From: Mustelus asterias
Lineage: Eukaryota
NCBI RefSeq assembly: GCF_964213995.1
Contig: NW_027590164.1
Coordinates: 868,001-932,000, forward strand
Direction: 5' to 3'
Length of the DNA stretch: 64,000 nucleotides
The notes beneath the pieces were generated by a model. It had not been told where the DNA came from and made no database searches. It saw nothing but the letters and a program-made list of their open reading frames with translations. Shown piece by piece: positions 50,960 to 63,737 of this stretch. Within the stretch, counting starts at the first letter, position 1. Each line of letters starts with the position of its first letter. The position numbers and the translations under genes were made by a program.

Positions 50960-52450
50960 CTCTCTCACCCTCATCCACACTTACTCACTCACCCTCAATC
51001 TCTCATCCTCACTCAAAGAACTTGACTCACTCACCCTCACTTATCCACCTTCCCTCGCTGACACACTCTCACTCATTCATCCCCACTCACAAATCCCAAC
51101 TCACTCATCCCAACTCACTCATCCCAACTCACTCACCCTTGCTCACTCATCCACCCTCACACACTCAATTTCACACACTCAATCTCATACACTCAACTTC
51201 ACACACTGAATCTCACGCACTCAACCTCAGAAACTCATTGATCCTCATTCACCCTGAGTCACTCACCCTCACACCCTCACTCACTCAAAATCACTCACAC
51301 ACATTCGCTCTCTCACTCTCACCCATCCTCACTCACTCACCCTCATTCACTCACATTCACACCCTCATTCACTCACCAGCACTCACTCACTGACTCAGAC
51401 TCACTCGCCCTCGCACACCCTCACTCACTCATCCTCATTCACTCACTGTCACTCAGTCACCCACACTCACACGCTATCACTCACTCAACTTCACTCACTA
51501 ACCCTCAGTCACTCACTCAGAGCCTCAGTCACTCACCAACACTCATAGTCATCTTCGTTCACTCATCCCACTAACCCACCCTCACTCACCCAGTCTCACT
51601 CACTCAGCCCACTTACCCACCCTCACTTATCCAGTCTAACTCACTCTCACTCACCCCACTTACCCACCTTCACTCATCCAGTCTCAATCACTCTCACTCA
51701 CTCACCGCACTTACCCTCCCTCACTCACCCAGTCTCAATCTCTCTCACTCACCCTCACTCACTCACCGCACTTATCCTCCCTCACTCACCCAGACGCACC
51801 CCCACACACTCAAGCTCAATCACCCTCTCTCTCTCACATACGCCACCTCAAACATTCAAACTCACTGAGACTCACGCACCTACATTCACTCACACACCCT
51901 CACATATTCACCATCACTCACGTTCACCCACCCTAACTCACAGATCCTCAATCACTCATCCTCAGTCAAACACCTTTACTCACTCACCTTCACTCATCCA
52001 CCCATCCGCATTCATTCTCCCTCACACTCTCACACACCACCCTCAATAACACACCCTGACTCACTCACTCTCTCACCCTCACTTACTAAGTCACATTCAC
52101 TCCTCACCCTCATTCACTCGCTCTCACTCACCCACCTTCACTAACCTTCACGCATCCTCACTCACTCACCCTCATTCATTCTCTCTTACCGACACTCACT
52201 CACCCACCTTCACTCACACATTCAGCCACCTTCACTCACCCACCCTCTCTCACACACCCTCATTTACTCACGCTCTCTCACCCTCACCCACACTCACTCA
52301 CTCACCCTCAATCACTCATCCTCACTGAAAGAACTTCACTCACTCACCCTCACTTACCCACCTTCCGTCACTCACACGCCATCACTCATCCACTCTCACT
52401 CCTTCAATCACTCACCCTCACGCACTCACATTCTCTCACTCACACTCGCT
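50960..52450. repeat. C-rich (ACTC/CACC) low-complexity tract
   Basis: Nearly G-free top strand. Confidence 0.9.
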
Positions 52451-52519
52451 AACCTGTGTGTGGAGGTCTGCAACGAGAGAGAAGAAAGATCTCAAGCGGC
52501 AGTTTGGTGTTAAAATGTG

Positions 52520-53205
52520 GGAGCTGCCCTGCGAATGTGGAGAGCTGGGGGGAATCCCTGGGGGCTCAGGGCCAAGGACAATGGCAAAGAGCCGTGGAGA
52601 ACAGGAGGCGTGCTAAAGGGCAGAGAGCCGGGGGGGAAGGGCAGAGAGCCTGGGGAATGGGCCCACAGCCGGGCAACAGGGCAGAGAGCCGGGGGAAAGA
52701 GTAGAGAGTCAGGAGAAAGGGCAGAGAGCCAGGAGAAAGGGCAGAGAGCCAATCGAAAGGGCAGGGAGCCAGGTGAAAGGGCAGAGAACCAGGACAAAGG
52801 CAGAGAGATGGGGGAAAGGGCAGAGAGACCAGGGAAAGAGGAGAGAGCCAGGATAAAGGGCAGGGAGGCCGGGGAAAGGACAGAGAGCTGAGGAAAAGGG
52901 CAAGAGAGCCCAGAGGAAAGGGCGGAGAGTCAGTGGGAAAGGCAGAGAGTCAGGGGGAAAGGGCAGAGAGCCTGGGGAAAGGGCAAAGTGGATAGGGAGC
53001 AGGGACACCGGGCAGAGAGCCGGGGGAAAGGGTAGGGAGCTGAGGGAAAGGACAGATAGCAGGGGGAGAGGGCACAGAGCTGGAGGGAAGTGTAGAGAGC
53101 CAGGTGGAAGTGCGGAGAGCCGGGTGAAAGGGGAAAAGAGCCACAGGGAATGGCAAAGAGCCAGGGGAAAGGGCAGAGAGTCGGGGAAAATGGGCAGGGA
53201 GTGGG
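52520..53205 (+). repeat. G-rich ~20-bp tandem repeat (GGGCAGAGAGCCGGGGGAAA), ~28 units
   Basis: Purine-rich periodic array ~1 kb upstream of C-mu1. Confidence 0.9.
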
Positions 53206-54173
53206 TGATCGACAGGCGGAGTGAGGATGTGCAAAATAGAGCGAGCACCACAACCAGATCATCTGTAATCTCAGAGAATGATGGAGGAGACGTCAGGGCC
53301 CGAATGGCCAACTTTTGCTATTAATGTATGACCCTTCAATTAGTCAATGTTGCAATTATTTGAATTTGTAATCACATTGAGAGTTTCCTGGTCATTCAGT
53401 AAGTATTCATTACGGAGGTATTTTTGAAGCAAAGTCACTAATCTTCGTTTTGTGGAGTGAGGGACAGTGAGTTGGAGAGAGGAAGGGGTATATGTCAGTT
53501 TGAACACAGGCAATTTCCAAAACTACAATGTGGAGATGCCGGCGTTAGGTGGGGATGGGCACAGTAAGGAGTCTGACCACACCAGGTTAAAGTCCAACAG
53601 GTTTATTTGGAATTGCGAGCTTTTGGAGCTCCTTCATCAGGTGAGTGGATGATATGAATGAAGAGACAACTTCTTCATCACAAAGTGCTGTTGTTTGAGA
53701 AATAAATAGTGGTTGCAATAATGGAGAAAATCTTTGCTCTTCTCTGTTAATCCAATGAATGATATGTCATTTTAAGGACAGCAGAATGTTTTTTCTTTCT
53801 AATCTGATAGAGGTGGAGACAGGGATATGAGTTTCTACAGAGATGACGGATCTCAGATGATAGAAATAACAGAATCACAAAGGTGGATGTAGGTTTTGAT
53901 CAGGAAATATTAGGATTAGTTCATAATTCTAGTCAAAGTTTGAGATAGAAACATAGAAAATAAAGCAGGAGTAGACCATTCGGCCCTTTGAGCCTGCTCC
54001 GCCATTCACTTTGGTCAGAGCTCATCAATATCCTGATCACACCTACTACCCATATCCCTTGATCCCTTTAGCCCCAACAGCTTTATCTAATATAGAAACA
54101 TAATTGTAAAAACATGTTTGATGACTTAATAAACGCAAGAGTCTAACTTGTTCAATCGACTATTCTTTCCCAG

Positions 54174-54467
54174 CGACACCGTCTCCGCCCACTCTCTACA
54201 GCCTGGTCTCCTCCTGTCAGCAACACAACCCCGACGGCTCCATCACCTACGGCTGTTTGGCGATGGACTACTCTCCAGATGTCTCCAAACTGACCTGGAA
54301 GAAAAATGGGCAGCCGATCACCAATGGGTTTAAGACTTACCCGTCAGTGAGAAACACGAAGGGAACCTATACCCTGAGCAGCCAGTTAACCATCACCGAG
54401 TCAGAATGCCCCAAAATTGCCTGTGAGGTTCGACACAGCGGCTCAGTCAAGAGCATTGGAATGCAAT
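54174..54467 (+). CDS. IGHM: IgM C-mu1 exon
   Basis: [14 protein letters not shown]...[10 protein letters not shown]...WKK...CEVRH; 294 nt, AG/GT boundaries. Confidence 0.97.
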
Positions 54468-54619
54468 GTAAGTGTTGTGGAACCTGGGAAAGACAGGGAC
54501 GCTGTGATTGAACTGTATAAGGCTTTAGTTATAACTGATCTGTAGCACTCCGAAAAATTGGAATTGTGCAAAATCCAGGTAAGTGTCTACTGACTGAAAA
54601 GTTGCTCAGAACCAGAGGG

Positions 54620-55320
54620 CCATAGAAATGTTACTGTACAGAAGGAGGCCATTTAGCCCATCATATCTGTACTAGCCAAAATGGAGAACAAATAAACTAT
54701 CCAGTCATTTTCAGCCCATTTTCCAGCCCTTGCCCTGTAGCCTTGCAGGTTAAAGCACTCGAGATCCAGACCCAGATACCTTTTAAATGAGCATGCTCCC
54801 TGGTAATTGAGCCCTCCACTTGGGGAATGAATTATTTCTGCCTACATCATGCCTCAGCCTCCTCTTTTTCTGAGGAGAACAACCCCTCCCTATCCAATCT
54901 CGCCTCATGGCTGCAATTTTCAGGCCCTGGCAACATTCTTGTAAACCTCATCTCTCTCCAGAGTCATTACATCATTCCTGCAACGTGGTGACCAGAACTG
55001 TACAGCAAACTCCAAACGTGGCCTAACTCGGTTTTATACAGCTCCATCATTACACCACTGTTTTTGTATTCAATCCCTCACATAATAGAGGAACTAATCC
55101 GATATGCTTTCTTGATCAACTTTTCCAGCTGCCCTACCATCTACAAGGACCTGTGGACATGCACTCTAAAGTCTTGCATTTCCTCAATCCCTCTTAACAT
55201 TCTAGTTTATTGCCTTGCGTTGTTTTCCCTCCCCAAATGCATTGTGTGGCACTTTTGACGGTTGAATTCCATTCGCCATTTCCCTGCCAATTCAACCAAA
55301 CCATGGATATAATTCTCAAA
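54620..55320 (-). mobile_element. CR1 3' fragment in the C-mu1/C-mu2 intron
   Basis: Reverse-strand RPRLEFAVQFWSP and CR1 tail. Confidence 0.8.
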
Positions 55321-55409
55321 TCGGCAGCGATGATGCTAAAATAAAAGAACTAATTTTAATTGTTGTCAATTGAATCTTCAAGTAACGTCTGAACATTTGT
55401 TTGTTGAAG

Positions 55410-55721
55410 GCCCACGCGTTCTCCCCCCAACCGTTATCCTCACCGTGAGTTCCAGTGAAGAAATCACCACCAGAAAATTTGCAACCATCGTCTGTTCAAT
55501 CATCGATTTCCAGCCAAAGTCAATGACGGTGAAGTGGCTGAAGAATGGACAACTCATGGATTCAGGAATTGTCACCTCTCCCGCCTGTGAAGTGAATGGG
55601 AACTTCTCGGCCAGCAGTCGGCTGACAGTCTCCGCTCAGGAATGGTTCAGTAAAGTGGTCTATACCTGCCAGGTCACTCATCAAGAATTCACCCAGATTC
55701 AGAACATCAGCGGATCTCTGG
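55410..55721 (+). CDS. IGHM: IgM C-mu2 exon
   Basis: PRVLPPTV...CSIIDFQP...WLKNG...YTCQVTH; 312 nt. Confidence 0.97.
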
Positions 55722-56622
55722 GTAAGAGACTCAAACCGAGGATAAAATATATAATTTCGATGTTAATCGAAATTAGGGATCTATTAAAGTTAGTACAAAG
55801 ATAGAACAACTTCTAATTTACTGTCATGTGGCTTGCTGCTTTAGGACAGTGCCCCATTCAGAATTTCATCACAACAGCAATTTTTGTTATTCCTTCATGA
55901 GATATGAGGGCACTTAAGTGTCAACCACATTGCTGTGGATCTGGAGTCACATGCATGCCAGGCCAGATAAAGACAGCAGATTTACTTTTCTAAAGGGCAT
56001 TCGTGAACCAGGTGGGTTTTTACAACAATGGCTTCATGATGATCATTTGACTTTTAATGAAAGATTTTTACTAAACTCAAATTTCACCATCTGCAGTGTT
56101 GAGATTCGAATCTGTGTCCCCAGAGTCGTGCCCTGGGTTACAAGACCATTGGCAACACCACCATGCCACTGTCTCCCCTTGAAATAGTGTTCCCTTCCAT
56201 TTTGAAGTAATATAGTAAGCGAGGTGGTCTTGATGTCAGCTTTTTCCTGAGACAGCTGGTAAGATTTGGAGAGACAGTCGGTGTCGGACTGTTTCACAGG
56301 TCACAGCATAGGGGTAAAATATTGGGAAGTGCATCCACCCTACTTATAAACTAACTGCCAGTACTTGGTTCCTGAGTTCAGGAATGGTATATTTGTTGGG
56401 GAATACTGCAATGTTGATTCATGAGAATGATACCGCTGCTAAAATACTTGAACAAAAAGAGAATAATTTCACAGAGCAGGCTGGTTTTCCATCCTCCAGA
56501 GAGGCTGAAAGGTGATAGTTAGAGGTTGATATATCGAAGGCAACTTCGTCTCCTTCAGGCTGAAGACTGCTGTCCTGCTTCTGAAGAGGGAACTCGGGTT
56601 GATTTTCATTTTTCATTCACAG

Positions 56623-56931
56623 ATCCTCCCCAGTGCCCTGATACCACAGTGACGATACAGCCACCACCAATAGAACAGGTCTTACTGGAGGCGACCGTGA
56701 CCTTAACCTGCATCATTTCTAATGCTCCCTATGGAGTCAATGTGTCCTGGATCCGAGACAGGAAGTATTTGAAATCAGAGATTGCCGAAAAGCCTGGAGC
56801 GGATCCTGACAGCGTGGTCAGCAACTTAAACATCTCGACACAAGCCTGGCTGAGTGCGGCTGTGTTTGACTGCGTGGTGAGCCATCAGGATCTGCCGACT
56901 CCTTTAAGAAAATCCATCCACAAGGAAACAG
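56623..56931 (+). CDS. IGHM: IgM C-mu3 exon
   Basis: PPQCPD...LTCII...VSW...[13 protein letters not shown]; 309 nt. Confidence 0.97.
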
Positions 56932-57424
56932 GTGAGCTGAGAGATTGAAGCAATAAATGCGTCACTGTGTCTATTTCCAGTGTAAGTGTACTGGTCAATA
57001 TTCAGTATTCAGTGCATTAATGGTCTCCCCTGAGTGGAAACTCCATTAACTAAAAACTGGGAGTTGTAGATATTTTTACGGGGAAATTTGATGTGTTGAT
57101 GAATGAAAAGTGAACTGAAGGCGATGTTATTGGGTTTAGATCGAATAACGAGGGAGGAGCCTGATGTGGAGCATGAAAACCAAAAGAAAAGCCGATCAGT
57201 TGGGCCGAATAGCCTGATTCTGTGCTGTAAAATTTCTGAAACTTCCCAGTCCAGCCCCCTGAGTTATTTGATAAAATAATTGTGTTCACATCTGCTCCAA
57301 ACTGGAAGTCAAAAATGGAAACATTGAAAATCGAAACGAAGCACATTTTTCTGATATCGAGCCAGCAGTTTTATTGTCTCCAGAATTCTCCAGTTTATTG
57401 ACATTTATTGTACATTTTCTGCAG

Positions 57425-57816
57425 ATCCAAATCCGCGGGAACCGTTCGTCTCTGTCCTCCTGCCCTCGGCAGAAGAAGTCTCCGCTCAGAGATTCGTCTC
57501 CCTCAGCTGCTTAGTGAGACGTTTCTCCCCTCGAGAGATCTTCGTCAAGTGGACCGTCAACGACAAGCCAGTGAATCCTGGGAACTATAAGAACACCGAG
57601 GTGGTCGCGGAGAGCGGGAATAGCTCCTTCTTCATGTACAGCCTGTTATCCATTGCTGCAGAGGAATGGTCCAGCGGCGCTTCTTACTCCTGTGTGGTGG
57701 GACATGAAGCCATCCCCTTGAAGATCATCAACAGAACAGTTGACAAATCCAGCGGTAAACCCAGTTTTGTGAACATTTCCCTTGCTCTGATGGACACCGT
57801 TAATTCATGTCAATGA
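57425..57816 (+). CDS. IGHM: IgM C-mu4 plus secretory tailpiece (membrane splice donor after 57754)
   Basis: LSCLV...[13 protein letters not shown]...[22 protein letters not shown], penultimate Cys, G/GTAAA internal donor. Confidence 0.98.
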
Positions 57817-57843
57817 GAATCATTCGCGAACATTAAAAACTTC

Positions 57844-57858
57844 AATAAAAATAATAAA
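57844..57858 (+). terminator. Secretory poly(A) signals
   Basis: AATAAA at 57844 and 57853. Confidence 0.8.
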
Positions 57859-58969
57859 ATATTTTTCCTCTAACAACAAATGAAATAGCCAAACGCTTAA
57901 TTGATTGTTTTTCAGTTTTACTTCCATTAGCTATCTTTGGTTTGACCCAGATATTTTCAGGTCTCAGGTCCAAGTCTTGTTGAACCAGTGCGCCCAGCTC
58001 AGACACACCCTGTGTTAGAGACAGAGTGGAGCGCATTCATTACAGGATTCTGCAAAATATCTTCACCGACTTTCCTCCCTGAGGAAAACTCCGACAATTT
58101 CAACATTTCTGACAAACAAACACAACATTTAGATCTCGGTGTTCCTGCTTCTCTCGTTGTCCATGCCTTTACGCATTGATGTCATATTTAAGCTGCTGCA
58201 CCACACTCACTGGGAACTGGAGTGAGGGTCACACAGAAACATGGAGCAACAATCCCCCCATCAGAGAGAGGGAGAGTGAAATTGTGAACATACCGGATTC
58301 CTACTCACCCAACAAAGAGAGGGGAGGAGCAGTAGCTAACCCATGTACCACCACTTCCTCAATGAAAGCAGGAGGAATGGCATTATTTAATCCATTCACC
58401 TCCACCTCCTCAGTGGTTAGAACCATCAGGGACATTGCTTCACCAGGTAGAGAGAGGGAAATTATGAGCTCACTCTCCTCCCTCTCCCCAAGTAGAGTGT
58501 TTGGAAGGGAACGGCTCTCTACTATAAGGACTCAGTTGTCAACAGTACAAATTAGCTTCCGTTTACTTGCTGCAGATTTTGAAGTATCATTATCAAAGTG
58601 TCATTGAAGTATATAATACACATATACTTATATATATATATATATATATGAATGTATACTTATATACATATATACTTATGCAACATAGTTTAAAAATGTT
58701 TCAACACTCTTGTTCCTGTTAATCATGTGCTGGCATTGATTTCCCATGATACAAATTTAAACAAATAATAGAATCCTCCCCGGTTTTCACTGTTCTGTCA
58801 CTGAGGTTTCTGAGATGCATCAATGAATTATTTCATTCGCTCTCCTGATATCACCGTGCCACTCACATAAAAGAAATTTCTACATCAAACACTGAAAATA
58901 TGCTCCATTATTCATATTGTTTGGATCACGTTCAGTTAATGATTGCCGGTTAAACTTGCAGCAACGGTT

Positions 58970-59034
58970 AAAAAATACACACACTGACAATACCGCACAA
59001 AACTGTCACAATTATAAATACACACATAGGCGTA

Positions 59035-59074
<40 letters not shown>

Positions 59075-59498
59075 CAGACACATCGACACAAATGCACAAA
59101 TACACATACTCACAAAATGCACACAAATGCAGAAAGACACATGTAAATACACACACAAATGCATGCACATATACAGAAATACGAACAGGCGCATTCAAAT
59201 ACAGACAGAAGCACACATACACAGCACATACACATGCACAAAAACACACAGATACATGCATACACACAGATACACTTTCACACACCATAGGTACATGCAA
59301 TACTTGCACAAACGAACACACATGCAGAGAAACAAGAATGCGCACACAAATGCACTCATGGACAACACAGGCACAAACAAAAATACACACACAAATACAC
59401 CCACACAAAAATATACCCATACATAAATACATCCGTACACAAATATACATAGGCACACACACACATTCTCTCTCTCTCTCTCCCCCCCCCCCCCCCTT

Positions 59499-59537
<39 letters not shown>

Positions 59538-60400
59538 TACATAGACTCGCGCTTGTACAAACAGGCACTAAAACAACAACATATGTAGATAATCAAATAT
59601 GTATTAACGTACACATATACACATAAACCACACAGGTACATACACAGACACATATGTGAGTAGGTACACAGACCCAAACACAAACACATACATGCAGAGA
59701 CACAATACAGACAGATACACACGCATGCAGAGCTACATAAATACACAAGCAAATACATAGACTCAAATAAGTACATATATATATCAGCACACATTCACGC
59801 TGACAGGAATATAGATATAAAGACGCACAATGTTATACACATTAACAAACACACATGGAAATATATATAAACAAATTAGCAGACTACATATAGATGAACA
59901 GACTGCAAAACATTTACACGCAAACATGTAGACGCAAACATTAACATGCTCATACAGAACAGAACACCATAGCACACATTACTACACATCGAAACACAAA
60001 CATACATCAACACACCGTTATAAAGAACTATCAACATGTATACACATATACTGACCTGCTAACAGACATGCACACAGACACACGGAGAAACAGACGCACA
60101 CAGAAAGGGAAACAAACATTACTAGAGTGACAGAAATTAACACATAGCAATAGGCATAAACACATGTACACCCATTAAGAATGGCATTAATAAATATTCA
60201 TAGACTTCATACAATAATAGAGTCATACATACACAATGACACAAGAATAAAATACACACACAGATGCAGACACACAACTACACAAATCAACAACCATAGG
60301 CAAATGAACACGTACATTAACACTGTTGCACACATATTAACTCAAAGCCAAAGATTAATGCACACGCACACAAACGCAAGATCTTAAATACAAACGGGAG
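58970..60400. repeat. CA-rich low-complexity tract
   Basis: Degenerate (CA)n/(CATA)n. Confidence 0.9.
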
Positions 60401-60939
60401 GCAAATGATGAATGTAACATTTAAAGGTGATTTTTTAATGCACATATCCACAGATTAACTATCCAAATGTACAATGAACAGACAAACACGTTGAGAAGCT
60501 GAATTAAGCTCATGATCTATTTCCACCATAAAGAAGCACAGATCGGAAATTACATCCCAACTCTTAAACAACAACATTTACAGTTTATAGATCAGTAACC
60601 ATCTGTGAAAACAATCATTGATCAGTGAACGATATCAGTCATAACATTGTTCAATAAGGGATAGTGGCAAATAGTTCAAAAATGAACTGATACTCAATTA
60701 AACATCTTCAGTGTTTTCTGACATGGACTGTCCAAGGAATGTCAATAAAGATCAGGTGTGAAAATAGTTACGGAGATCGGTTACTGAATGTCCTGAATTT
60801 AACAGTAGATATACATTGAAAATTGAATTCGAGATTAAATGAACAGCCTAAAAAGGAGAACGGGGAACATAAAAATAACAATAAGATCACTTGGATAAAT
60901 AAAGTAATCTAATTTCAGTTCCTGGTCTCCGTCCCCTAG

Positions 60940-61067
60940 ACTCCACCGACCGCGTCTGGATTGACGACAATGAGGATGATAACAGCAACATCTGGACAAC
61001 CGCTTCTACATTCATCGTCCTGTTCTTCCTGAGCATTTTCTACAGCACTGCGGTCACTCTGGTGAAG
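60940..61067 (+). CDS. IGHM: IgM TM1 exon
   Basis: DSTDRVWIDDNEDDNSNIWTTASTFIVLFFLSIFYSTAVTLVK with conserved antigen-receptor TM residues; AG/GT boundaries. Confidence 0.97.
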
Positions 61068-61207
61068 GTGAGATGATTCAATTCACTCACATTTCAAACT
61101 GGCAGAATGGATTTGAAAAAATTCTCAATGTTTCGCTGATTAAAAACTCTAACATTAATGTCCCGCATCATCAACATCTGCTTCATTATTGTATCTTTCT
61201 TTTACAG

Positions 61208-61216
61208 ATCAAATGA
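61208..61216 (+). CDS. IGHM: IgM TM2 exon (IK*)
   Basis: tttttacag|ATC AAA TGA; AATAAA at 61670. Confidence 0.9.
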   Translation: MK

Positions 61217-63737
61217 TGGGTTGAATTTTGGAAGCTGCAGATTTCCCGCAGCTGATTATCAAGATCTCTGTGTGGATCAAATACAATATCTGCTCTCGGT
61301 GACTCTATCAGTAAAATTCTCTCAGTTTATCATTCTGAATCTGTAACTGAGGCAATTATAGACGTTCATTCAGTTTTCAGTGTGAAATGTACGAGGCATT
61401 TTTTGTTATAATGTAATTGTGGTTAATAGTTTCCCCGTAGTTTAAAGATCATGTATAAATAAGAAACTTTTCTCATTCCTTATTCACATTTGATAATTCC
61501 TCTTTCTATTAAGGTCCTGTTTTCTCTTTCTGGTGTATGTAACAGATGTACAGATACTGACGGATTCCCTGTGCATCTGTTCTGTTCTCAATGTGAAGCT
61601 CGATCGTTATGTTCACTTTTCTAACTTTAAAAGAATAATGTTGCTGTAAAATATTCTCTGAATTTTTAAAATAAATATTGAATGAAATTTTAACCATCTC
61701 TGGCTTGGCTTAATTCCGTTCTCCAAAACACATCAACTCCGCCCCATTTTCCCTATTATACGGTTTCCCCTCTTTCCCAGACAGGGATTTTTCCCAGTCA
61801 TATGTGGGATGTGGTTGAACTCAATGCCCTTTAGTGAGAGTCACTGCGCCACCCAGTGACCCATCCGTGTAAATACACCTCCATCTCTGCCTTTTTATGA
61901 TAAAATCCAGATACAGAATGAATGAATAATGAGGAGAACCGTGGTGATTTCACGCATAAACTGGTCTGTCACTGACGAGTTTCAGGTAATTCTAAACAGC
62001 AAAAGGCTCATTCATTAGAGGCCGATGCAGGACAGTGTGTGGCAGAAGATAGTTTCCTATACACTGTCCCTTAAAAACACTATCAGTGTAGCTGCAGCGT
62101 GGGTTAACAGAGTGTATCTCTCTATATATCGTCCGATGAAATACTTCCCAGGCAGGCAAACCACAAGCTAGATAGAGAACACATACAGAACAGATGTGCA
62201 AACCATGGGGTGAAACCAAGAGACTGAGGTGTATTTCACATAAGCACATCATCGATTGCAAATTTCCAAATTATGACTCGTGTTGTGGGATAATTTGAGA
62301 TGACCAATACTGTCGTTAACTACAGACAATATAAAACTCACGAGGCAGGTATCTCTGTGTGAGGAGGTCAAAATGAACATTCCTACCGGCTCATTTCCAA
62401 AACTGGATAGACACGTGATCCTGAGTCCCAGTACGATCTATTCTATGTCTAAACATTGAATGTCCCCATTCATAAAGTTGCAAAATGCGTTCCCTCGCCA
62501 GGAACTTTTAGATATTAATTCTGCAACTACTAAGGTTCCCAGGCCATTGGCTCTCAACTCTTCGATTTGTCATCATACCTTACAGTGACTTGCTTTTGGT
62601 TGAAATGAACAATTCATTCAATACATAAATTACATTTAAAATATGAGCATATATGTTTTATAATCATAGTTATTTATTTAATTCTCTTATTGCATCCACA
62701 TATTTGTAAAATATTTGTTTCATTCCCATATTATCCTTGTTTCAAGAATCATTTAACTCTTTGTTTGTAGTGTCTTATGTATTCTGTCAAAAACCCTCTA
62801 AATTGGTTAATAATTTTCCCCTTCAGTCGTATTTAAGATAAGCACATCATCGAATACAAATTTTCAAATTATGACTAGATTGGGATCTTTGCGATTGACC
62901 AGAGGGAAAAAAAAACACAGAAGTTTCAAAAAGCTGGGGCCCATTTGATACAATTAACTACTTATTCTCCGAGGCTGGGGCCTTCTGATACAGATATTTC
63001 AGCTTCACAATCAGGAAAAGTCCAGAAAAATCAAATATTTTTACTGATAAAAGTTTATTAATGAAACAGAACATGGTTAAAACAAACAGAAAATGACCTG
63101 AGGATCAAAGACAACCAGAGTAAAAGGATGTTCACAATGTTCTGGACACAAATGGTTTCTCTTCAGCCCCTCTGTCGCCTGTTCCCTGCCCTCTTTGTGG
63201 AACACTCCGCTCAGTCCACAAGCATCACCCTGACCTTCCGCTTGCCATTAGAATTCACCACCTTGCTCTCACACTCACATTTCTGTCCTCGGCCTGCTGC
63301 AATGTTCCGGAGAAGCCCAACACAAGCTGGACAAACAGCCCCTCATCTTCCGATGAGGCACTTTACAGCCTTCTGGACTCAACATTGAGTTCAACAACTT
63401 CACACCCTGAACTTGTTTTCATGGTTTTTTGTTTCAGACAGCGATGTTCATTATTCTGTCCTGAACACTCACTTCTTTACGACAACCATTACCTCGCCTT
63501 TTGCTTCTGTTCTGCAAAATTCTTCTCCACAGATGCTGCCAGACCTGCTGCATTTTTCCAGTTCTTTGTGTTCATTTTAGAGCTGCATGTAGTAGGGGGA
63601 AAACACTATTTACTCTCCTGGAGTAAATAAATGTCCTTCATCAGTTGTTGTGGATCATTTCAGTGGAAATGTGCTCTCCCAGGCTCAAAGGAACCCTCCG
63701 ACTCTCCCACTTTACCAACTGTCAGAATGAACATGGT

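Noticed and set aside
47868-53311. Long His/Thr/Leu- or Pro/Leu-rich ORFs (also 58917-59794)
   Set aside because: Translations of low-complexity repeats or of the N gap
58176-58607. 143-aa ORF in the C-mu4/TM intron as an extra exon
   Set aside because: No Ig-domain Cys/Trp pattern or clear splice sites; internally repetitive and unassigned
41286-61216. IgW, IgNAR, IgM1gj or a germline-joined cluster
   Set aside because: Four mu-type C exons, and separate V, D1, D2 and J with intact RSSs
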